Assembly (NCBI GenBank): GCA_031411835.1
Contig: JANOBV010000231.1
Location: 1 to 15,343, forward strand
Length of the DNA stretch: 15,343 nt
Direction: 5' to 3'
DNA from: Bacteroidota bacterium
GTDB lineage: Bacteria > Bacteroidota > Bacteroidia > AKYH767-A > 2013-40CM-41-45
Shown one piece after another: positions 1 through 7,200 of the stretch. The position numbers were made by a program, and so were the translations under genes. A model generated the notes under the pieces. It saw only the letters and a program-made list of their open reading frames with translations. It was not told the origin of the DNA and did not search any database. Position 1 is the stretch's first letter, and every line of letters begins with the position of its first letter.

Positions 1-155
1 CATTTCATTTCATTTCATTTCATTTCATTTCATTTCATTTCATTTCATTTCATTTCATTTCATTTCATTTCATTTCATTTCATTTCATTTCATTTCATTT
101 CATTTCATTTCATTTCATTTCATTTCATTTCATTCCACTTCACTTCACTTCATTT
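1..155. repeat. Pentanucleotide microsatellite: perfect (CATTT)26 at 1-130, then about 5 degenerate units (CATTC, CACTT x3, CATTT) to ~155. It is truncated by the window edge, so its true length is unknown.
   Basis: Direct reading: catttcattt... runs uninterrupted for 130 nt. The minus-strand unit is AAATG. The degenerate units at 136-151 encode the last codons (E-V-K) and the TGA stop (140-142) of the flotillin-like gene. Confidence 0.95.
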
Positions 156-2053
156 TTATTGTCGTCCTTATTTTTCGGTTCCATCATTTCCATCAACTTC
201 AATCCAAGCAAACCATCCATCGCACTTCCGTTCCCATTTCCACCAATGAGTACATCTGGAATTAATTTCACTTTTCCTTTTGCCAATTCCTCAGTGATCT
301 TATATTTCGTAAAATTTTCACCGCCGATGGCTTTCACTGCTAATTCATAAGATTCAGCGGTCGATTTACCAATTGCTAAGATCTTTCCGGCTTCAGCATT
401 TCCTGTTAAGGAGATCTGTTCTGCTTGTGCTGATGCTTTCATTTTAATTGCTTCTGAATCTGCTTGCGCTCTTGCTTTTGTAGATTCTGCTTCTGCATAA
501 GCGCGAAGTTTAGTTGCTTCGGCCTCTGCACCGACAGCCAATTTCACGCCTGTTGCATCACCTTCTGCTTTCTTAACTGTTGCATTTGCTGTTCGCTCTG
601 CAATCTCAACACTCTGTTGCGCTTTTACAATATCTTTCTGCATATCAGCAATGGCAGTTTCTTTTTCCATTCCCTGACGTGTTTCTTGAGCACGCTTCTG
701 TGTATCGTATGTAACTTTTTGTTCTTCTGCAATTTTTCTATCTGTCAATGTTTTCATCAACGATTCGGGTGGAACGATATCCCCAATCAATGTATCAACT
801 GCATTGACATTATATTCGTCTAAGACTTTTTTAATGTGAGCCTTCGCAGATTCCTGACGTTCTTTACGAGTAGATAAGAAAGCAATCACATCGCTGTCTT
901 GTGCTGAGTTACGGAAGTAGTTTCCAATAGTCGGTTCCAAAACTTGTGAAACTAAATTCACCATGTTCCCAAAACGTGCAATAACTTTTGGTGCTTCTGT
1001 TGTAGGAACGTGAATGATTTGTGCTACATCCAAGTTAAATGGAAATCCATCTTTTGAACGAACTGTAATCGTAGAGAGATTCTTATCTAAGTTATGCGCT
1101 TCACTTCTCGCCGATGCCCAATTCAAAACTAAATTTGTTGTTGGTACCAATTCAACTTTCATAATGTATTTGTTTACCGGATATTTTCCCGGACCTAGCG
1201 GTTCTAACCAAACACCTTTGAAACCTTTTTCTACAATGTTGCCATGTTTAAAATCTGTACCGGTCAGATCATGGCCTTCGCCACCGATGTATGAAATAAC
1301 AACACCAACAAATCCAATTGGGATTTCTGTCATTGGTGTTTCTTCAATTTGAATTGCCCATGGATTTAAGTTGTATGAGCCGGCTAATATCACTTGCGGT
1401 TGTAATCCACGATTACCACCTGCTTTAAGAAACAAATCAAAGTCTTGAAAATTATTGTGACCTTCAATTGGTTTACCTGCTATTTGTCCTGACTCAATTG
1501 GCATTCCATCAAGCGTAGTAATAATTCCAACCATGCTCTCTTGAATCCGAACCATATCAGTCGTAGAAATTTGGAACAGCATTGTATTGATCCTGTATGA
1601 ACCGGCTGTGATGTAAGTCGTCTGTCGACCTCTTTGTCCACCATTCGCTAAAAATTTAATTGCATCTTGGAAATTATCGCAGTCAACATATTTTGCAAGG
1701 ATATTTCCTGTTGGAATTTCAGAACCATCTTTTGAAAGAACTAAACCGATTTTACCTTCAGGGATAACAGTGAATAATTCCATCGTAATTTCATACTGCC
1801 AAAACCATTTTCCGAAATACAAACCGGGTGCTAATGTCTTTGCTTGGAATCCTGCTTCACCTAGCGATGCAATGATGCGCCCATCAGGCAACTCTTTATT
1901 AGCTCCGAATAAAACGAATTTTTTTGTTACCAGTCCAATTCTATCTTCAGGAACGATGACCATTCCGAAAAGAAAACGGAGAATGTATTTATAAAGAACA
2001 ATGCAAAGAATTATTACCAGTACCCACCAGTAATTTAAAAATAAATTTTCCAT
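140..2053 (-). CDS. Flotillin-like SPFH/band-7 membrane protein (YqiK/FloT family)
   Basis: 637 aa with an ATG start at 2053-2051. There is an N-terminal transmembrane helix (YWWVLVIILCIVLY), then an SPFH/PHB-type domain, then a long Ala/Glu/Lys-rich coiled coil (AEAEATKLRAYAEAESTKARAQADSEAIKMKASAQAEQ) typical of bacterial flotillins. The C-terminal tail is charged and Lys/Asn-rich. Confidence 0.85.
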   Translation of the reverse strand: MENLFLNYWWVLVIILCIVLYKYILRFLFGMVIVPEDRIGLVTKKFVLFGANKELPDGRIIASLGEAGFQAKTLAPGLYFGKWFWQYEITMELFTVIPEGKIGLVLSKDGSEIPTGNILAKYVDCDNFQDAIKFLANGGQRGRQTTYITAGSYRINTMLFQISTTDMVRIQESMVGIITTLDGMPIESGQIAGKPIEGHNNFQDFDLFLKAGGNRGLQPQVILAGSYNLNPWAIQIEETPMTEIPIGFVGVVISYIGGEGHDLTGTDFKHGNIVEKGFKGVWLEPLGPGKYPVNKYIMKVELVPTTNLVLNWASARSEAHNLDKNLSTITVRSKDGFPFNLDVAQIIHVPTTEAPKVIARFGNMVNLVSQVLEPTIGNYFRNSAQDSDVIAFLSTRKERQESAKAHIKKVLDEYNVNAVDTLIGDIVPPESLMKTLTDRKIAEEQKVTYDTQKRAQETRQGMEKETAIADMQKDIVKAQQSVEIAERTANATVKKAEGDATGVKLAVGAEAEATKLRAYAEAESTKARAQADSEAIKMKASAQAEQISLTGNAEAGKILAIGKSTAESYELAVKAIGGENFTKYKITEELAKGKVKLIPDVLIGGNGNGSAMDGLLGLKLMEMMEPKNKDDNKNEVK

Positions 2054-2100
2054 TTTCGGTTAGATTTTATTAGCTGAAATTGCCTTTAGTTTTAGCGCTT

Positions 2101-2108
2101 CAAAGCTA
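2101..2108 (-). promoter_or_regulatory. Bacteroidota-type -7 promoter motif TAnnTTTG (TAGCTTTG on the minus strand), ~47 nt upstream of the flotillin start
   Basis: Plus strand reads caaagcta. The Bacteroidetes sigmaA consensus is -33 TTTG / -7 TAnnTTTG (established). Position alone supports this; it is untested. Confidence 0.3.
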
Positions 2109-2157
2109 ATAATATTTCCGAATGTTACTTTAAATCCAATTCAAAAATCCTAGCTTC

Positions 2158-2600
2158 TTAATAGGGGTTATGCCTGTAAGCAGGAATTTCAATAAAACCA
2201 CTATCTACATAAAGTTTGATAGCTGATTTCATAAAATCGGCTGTGTCGAGTTTGACTTTTTCGTAGTGCAATCTCTTTGCAATTTCTATGCAACGAGTGA
2301 GAAGCAGTTTACCAATTCCGAAACCTCTACTTTCCGGCTTGACATACATACGTTTGAATTCGCATTCTGATTCGTTGAATCTTTTGATTCCTGCGACACC
2401 GACAGCTATATTATTTCGGAATACAATGCAGAGACCGCCGTTTGGATTGCCATATGTTTCAGAAATCGTATTTAATTCGTGATTGAAATTTTGAAAGGAT
2501 AGATCAATTCCTTGCTAAGTAACATATTCCAAAATTAAAATCTTAGCTGCTGAAAAATTAGCTGCAGTTTTACCTCTAAGAATTCAATTTTATTTTTCAT
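2158..2600 (-). pseudogene. GNAT-family N-acetyltransferase (YsnE-like), disrupted. The 63-aa ATG ORF (2158-2349) holds only acetyl-CoA motif A onward. The upstream in-frame GNAT-like sequence is cut by TAG at 2515-2517, and the likely N-terminus (ATG at 2600-2598, MKNKIEFLEVK...) is in another frame.
   Basis: Manual translation of the minus strand 2514->2350 gives QGIDLSFQNFNHELNTISETYGNPNGGLCIVFRNNIAVGVAGIKRFNESECEFKR, contiguous with MYVKPESRGFGIGKLLLTRCIEIAKRLHYEKVKLDT... This is the GNAT beta4-alpha3 motif A (R-x-x-G-x-G). No ATG/GTG/TTG occurs between the TAG and M at 2349. Frame 1 from 2600 reads MKNKIEFLEVKLQLIFQQLRF*. Confidence 0.5.
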
Positions 2601-2994
2601 TCTTTTTTCTAAGATATAGTATTGGTTTTCCCGGTGTAAAGAAAGGTGAAAAAGTTATATTAAGCGAATCGTCTGAAATTAATTCTAAATCACAACCCGG
2701 TGGCGGCCACATTGGGAAATAACCGGATGAGTAAATATGTCCGGTTGAATCTTTTGAAAAATAATATGGATTTCTATCTGCACCTTTTAAAGTAATTTGA
2801 TATCCTTCATCAACAAATTCTGCTCTTTGGTGTGTAGAATCTACCATGTACCAATAACCAAGAATTTTTTTTGATTCGAAATAGGAACGTTTAACCCGCT
2901 GGGAAATGCTATCATTTGCTACTTGCGAATTGGCATTGAAACAAAGCAGAGTGCAAGAAAACCAGATTGAAATGATTGGAAATTTTTGAATCAT
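2590..2994 (-). CDS. Small secreted hypothetical protein (signal peptide; possibly a lipocalin-like beta-barrel)
   Basis: 134 aa with ATG at 2994-2992. The N-terminus MIQKFPIISIWFSCTLLCFNANSQ is a classic signal peptide. The mature part is Tyr/Trp/Gly-rich (GYWYMVDST...GYFPMWPPPGCDLEL) with no recognisable catalytic motif. Confidence 0.5.
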   Translation of the reverse strand: MIQKFPIISIWFSCTLLCFNANSQVANDSISQRVKRSYFESKKILGYWYMVDSTHQRAEFVDEGYQITLKGADRNPYYFSKDSTGHIYSSGYFPMWPPPGCDLELISDDSLNITFSPFFTPGKPILYLRKKNEK

Positions 2995-3019
2995 GGAACC
3001 AACTTGTCGACTATTATGC

Positions 3020-3027
3020 CAAAGATA
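3020..3027 (-). promoter_or_regulatory. Bacteroidota-type -7 promoter motif TATCTTTG, ~25 nt upstream of the 2994 start
   Basis: Plus strand reads caaagata. It matches TAnnTTTG, with TTTA ~18-20 nt further upstream (the -33 consensus is TTTG). Confidence 0.35.
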
Positions 3028-3055
3028 ATTAAATTGCCTATGGTAAAGCAGGAAT

Positions 3056-3736
3056 TTAGTTTGATTTTACTGTCATTAAATAATTGCTTTCAAAAATTGC
3101 AATCGGAGAAATGACTGTTTCTTGAGTAGGAATTTTATCTCCATAACGTTCCTTCATAATTTTCTTGACGGATTTATTCGTCAGATCAAAATCGCTAAGC
3201 TTTTGTAGTTTGCCTATTTCTATTCCTGTTGCACGTTGATAAATTTTCCAAATTAGTTCAGAGCAATATATTTTGTCGTCGGACCATTCAAAAGTAAGAT
3301 CGTAATTTTTGCCTTTCAATTGTTCGCCGACATCTTTCATTTTTTGAAGTGAAGCTTCGTTTAATATTTGATCCGCATTTTTTAATCGCTTAATCACATA
3401 TTTCCCTTCTTGTCCACGAGCAATCCACTCATCAAGTGGTGTTCGCTTAACAGGCTGAACCGCTTCGAAAACATAGTAATCATTTCCATCTTTATAGATC
3501 AATCCGCAATGAGAGTATTTAGATCTAGTTGCAAGTTGAATAGCTTTGCTTTGTGATGAAAGAGAAGTTTGGAAGATCAGGTCTCCGTTTTTTAATTCGT
3601 TATTTTCTGTAAGTTGTTTTACTTCTGATTTAGCTGATTCAAGAAATTGATTTCTAGTGTGAGAATTTCGTTTTATGTAAATCCAACCGGTAATTACAAT
3701 AACTAAAAGTCCTAATATGGCTATCTTTTTTTTCAT
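3056..3736 (-). CDS. YiiX/YaeF-family permuted papain-like amidase (NlpC/P60 superfamily, DUF830/peptidase C92-like), membrane-anchored or secreted
   Basis: 226 aa. There is an N-terminal hydrophobic anchor (MKKKIAILGLLVIVITGWIY). Family-typical blocks are GDLIFQTS..SSQSKAIQLATRSKYSHCGLIY, VFEAV..V.RTPLDEWIARG, and a catalytic-Cys block KIYCSELIWKIY. The order matches the circularly permuted YiiX/YaeF family. Confidence 0.8.
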   Translation of the reverse strand: MKKKIAILGLLVIVITGWIYIKRNSHTRNQFLESAKSEVKQLTENNELKNGDLIFQTSLSSQSKAIQLATRSKYSHCGLIYKDGNDYYVFEAVQPVKRTPLDEWIARGQEGKYVIKRLKNADQILNEASLQKMKDVGEQLKGKNYDLTFEWSDDKIYCSELIWKIYQRATGIEIGKLQKLSDFDLTNKSVKKIMKERYGDKIPTQETVISPIAIFESNYLMTVKSN

Positions 3737-3746
3737 TTAAATAATT

Positions 3747-4169
3747 TCACTTTCCGGGATACAACTTCTTCATATGTTTCAAATGATTCACAATCATTTT
3801 CTCTAGAATCACAATGTTTATATCCTCAAGCTTCTTGACATAAACACAGCCTTTCGTTGTTTTATGTTTTCCAAATTTTTCAAGCAACTCTTCTCGTTTA
3901 TCAAAACTGGCACAGAAATAAAATGTAAGAGCAGTTGAACGTGGAGAGAAGGCTGCTAATGGAGCATCACCTTCATGCCCACTTGGATATTTATAATGGT
4001 AGCTTCCAAAACCAATAATGCTGGGGCCCCACATTTTTGGCTCAAGTCCGGTTTGTTTTTTGAAAATCTTTACGAGTTCTAATCCGTCTTTGCGTTTTTT
4101 TTCATCTTCTATGCCATTGATGAAATCTTTTACGCTGACTTTTGTTTCTTCGGTTTTATTTTTTGCCAT
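3747..4169 (-). CDS. DUF1801 (YdhG-like) domain protein
   Basis: 140 aa. MAKNKTEETKVSVKDFINGIED...MWGPSIIGFGSYHYKYPSGHEGD...FSPRSTALTFYF follows the conserved DUF1801 pattern (MWGPSI[IV]GFGSYHYKY.SG.EGD). It sits 10 bp upstream of the YiiX gene start, so the two are probably co-transcribed. Confidence 0.8.
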   Translation of the reverse strand: MAKNKTEETKVSVKDFINGIEDEKKRKDGLELVKIFKKQTGLEPKMWGPSIIGFGSYHYKYPSGHEGDAPLAAFSPRSTALTFYFCASFDKREELLEKFGKHKTTKGCVYVKKLEDINIVILEKMIVNHLKHMKKLYPGK

Positions 4170-4253
4170 GATATTTTATTTAGCAACAAAATTTAGGCAA
4201 TTAAGATAAAGAATAATTTGAAGAATCGAATATTGTTTTTTGAATTAATTAGC

Positions 4254-7200
4254 TTAATTCTTCTTCTCTGAAAATTTAATGATCTTATTATACAATTCAT
4301 TTTCGTCAATTGGTTTGGAAATGTAATCGTTCATTCCAATAGCAATACATTTTTCGACATCCATAGAGGTTACATCTGCCGTAAGTGCAATAATTGGAAC
4401 TGTAGATTTCATCACTTTTCGAATATGTTCGGTCGCCTGAAAGCCATTCATCTCCGGCATTTGTAGATCCATTAATACAATATCATATTCTTTTGAATGC
4501 ATCATTTCAATAGCAAGTTTTCCATTGCCTGCAATATCAAAGTCGAAACCATAGTCCGATAAAATTATTTTTATAAGAAGTTGATTCAATGCAATGTCTT
4601 CTGCTACCAGAACTTTTACATCTTTTAATTTTGATTCGTGAATTTCACCATCTAAAATAATTTTCTTCTCATTTCCATTTTCACGTAAGAGCATCGTTTT
4701 GCCTTTCTTAAAGCGGAAGACAAAGCTAAAAGTAGAACCATAATCTCTTTTACTTTTTACTTCTATAGTTCCACCCTGAAGTTCAACGAGCTTTTTTACA
4801 ATTGAAAGACCCAGGCCGGTCCCTCCATAAAGTCTCGAAGTTTCATATGCTTCTTGTCCGAAGTCCTCAAAAATTCGCCCGAGTTGATTTTTGTGAATAC
4901 CAATTCCGGTATCAGCAATGCTAAATTCAATTGCGATCTTATCTTCGTCTTCATTAAGCGACTTTATTTTAATTGTAATCGATCCCGAAGACGTAAACTT
5001 AACGGCGTTACTTACCAAATTTAGAATGATCTGACGTAGGCGCATCGGATCCCCGATAACTATTGCCGGAATTGAAGCATCATAATCTTTTATTAGTTTC
5101 AGATTCTTTTCTAGAATTTTAGTCTCAAAAAGTTGAAGCGTGCCGGCGATAGAATCCGATAGGTTGAAAGGGATTTGTTCAAAGGTCATTTTCCCGGAAT
5201 TCACTTTGGCTAAGTCAAGGATATCGTTTATTAGAATGATCAAAGCCTCACCGGATTCTTTAACAGCACTTACATATTCTTTTTGTGGAGAGTTTAATTC
5301 TGTTTTAAGTAGGATATTTGTGAAACCAATTATTGAATTCATCGGAGTACGAATTTCATGACTCATATTGGAGAGAAACTGCTGCTTAGATATCACTGCG
5401 TCTTCAGCAATCTTAGTTTTTACGTCTGCATTCTTTTTTGCCTCTATCAAATGTACATTACTTTCTTCAATTTTCTTATTTGCTTTCTTCTCAATTTCCA
5501 ATTGTAACTCTAGGGCTTTATTCTCTTTTACCTGGAGTTCTTTAGCAAGAAGCTTTATTTTTGTAATATCTGAAATAGTAAGAACAATCAGTTCTTCTCT
5601 ACTGCTTTCGTGAACTATTTTATGAGCATTTAACAACATTGTTTTTTGGCCGATATCCGGAAAGGTGTGCTCAACTTCAAAATCTTGAAATTGCTTGTTT
5701 TTAATAAGAATACTCTCTAGAAGATCGCGGAGCTTTGGAATATTCCATTGATTGTTGCCAAGCTTAAAAAGTGATATTCCTACGCTTTCATCTTGCGTAA
5801 CATGAAACATTTTACAAAAGGATTGATTTGCTGATTTGATGCAAATGTCTTTGTCCAAAATTAACATTGGTTCGTGAATTGTAGACAATATCGATTCATA
5901 ATAATTATAGATTTCTTCTACTTGTTGAATTCGTGCTTGCAATTCCTGATTTGTAGTGATCAGCTCCTCATTCGTTGATTCTATTTCTTCTTTTGATGTT
6001 TCAAGTTCTTCATTTAAGCTTTGTAATTCTTCATTACTCGAAACTATTTCTTCATTGGCACTTTGTAATTCTTCATTAGCAGCTTCTTGATCTTGTGTGA
6101 TGGATGCCATATCATAACGGGAAGCTGATATCTCTTCTTCTAGTTTTTTTATTCTGCGGTCTTTTGAAATGGAATTATTTTTTACGCCTTTTGTTGTTTG
6201 TTCAAATATTTCAGGTTGTTCAAGACCTGAAAATACAATCACTAATAAGTCTTCTTCGCCATCGATCTTTATTGGAGTCACATCTAATGAAATTATTCTA
6301 ATTGCATTTCCGGGCTTGTCACGATTCATTTCTATACCGGTTTTTCGTACCGTTTGTTTTGTTTTTATTGCATGATGAATTGCATTTCGTAACTCAAATG
6401 TAATTTCCATATGAGCCATTTTTAAAATATTCAAACTCGCTTTACCTGCTGTATTGAGAAGATATGGCGAAGTATTGCCTCTGAATTGGAGAATCTCCAG
6501 ATCATGGTTTATCACTACGCTGGCCGGAGCATATTCTGCAAGTAAAAATGAATCAAAGTTTGTGCTTAGACTACTTGTAACTATGGATGGAGCTTTACTT
6601 GGTTGAATGATCTCTACATTATTTCCTTTTTGCAAATTAGTTTGCAAAACTCTAGGCGAAATATCTGAAATACTTAGGGCCCTTGTGCTTTTTTTACGAG
6701 TATATATTTTATACTTTTTATTTATCTGCGTACTGAAAAGTTGTATTGAAGCGCCTACAGTTTCAGATTTTCCAAGCATTAAGCACCCGTTTTCATTTAG
6801 AGCGTAATTGAAAGTAGAAATAATTTTTTTCTGCGCAAGTGTATCGAGGTAGATAAGCAGATTTCGGCAACTGATAAAATCCATTCTTGAAAATGGTGGA
6901 TCTGTTAGAATATTATGAATTGCAAAGATACAAACATCTCGAAGTGATTTTGAGATACGATATTTATCTTTTGTCTTTGTAAAAAATCGCTGAAGTCTTT
7001 TGGAAGAAACATTTTTTAATTGATCTTTCGAATATTCTCCATTGCGTGCATTAGTGATCGCTTCAGTACTGAGATCAGACGCAAAGATCTGGAAAGGAAC
7101 GTTGCTGTATTTGCTGTCTTGAACTTCAAGAAGTAGCATTGCAATAGAATAAACTTCTTCACCGGTCGCACAAGCAGGAACCCAAATTCGCAAAGTATCG

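Noticed and set aside
1-155. Possibility that the tandem array is a CRISPR or satellite of a mobile element
   Set aside because: The 5-bp unit has no spacers and no flanking cas, transposase or integrase genes. It is a simple microsatellite.
159-350. Plus-strand ORF open from the microsatellite through 350
   Set aside because: It is antisense to the Lys/Asn/Glu-rich flotillin C-terminus and is open only because AAA/AAT/GAA codons have no stop complements. The track's start is a TTG. It is retained only as context in the microsatellite finding.
464-823. 119-aa Cys/Phe-rich ORF on the plus strand
   Set aside because: It is the antisense of the flotillin Ala/Glu-rich coiled-coil region. GC-rich GCx/GAx codons read backwards give Cys and Phe with few stops. 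It lies wholly inside a well-supported gene and shows no start-signal context.
4234-4252. Inverted repeat gaattaa-ttagc-ttaattc just after the kinase stop codon
   Set aside because: The stem is A/T-only. On the minus (transcribed) strand it is followed by an A-run, not a U-run, so it is not a convincing intrinsic terminator in either orientation.
5368-5613. Short plus-strand ORFs inside the kinase gene (5140-5361, 5368-5613, 6104-6375, 6607-6807)
   Set aside because: All are antisense to a continuous 1308-aa ORF with canonical domain order. Their hydrophobic low-complexity translations are typical antisense artefacts.
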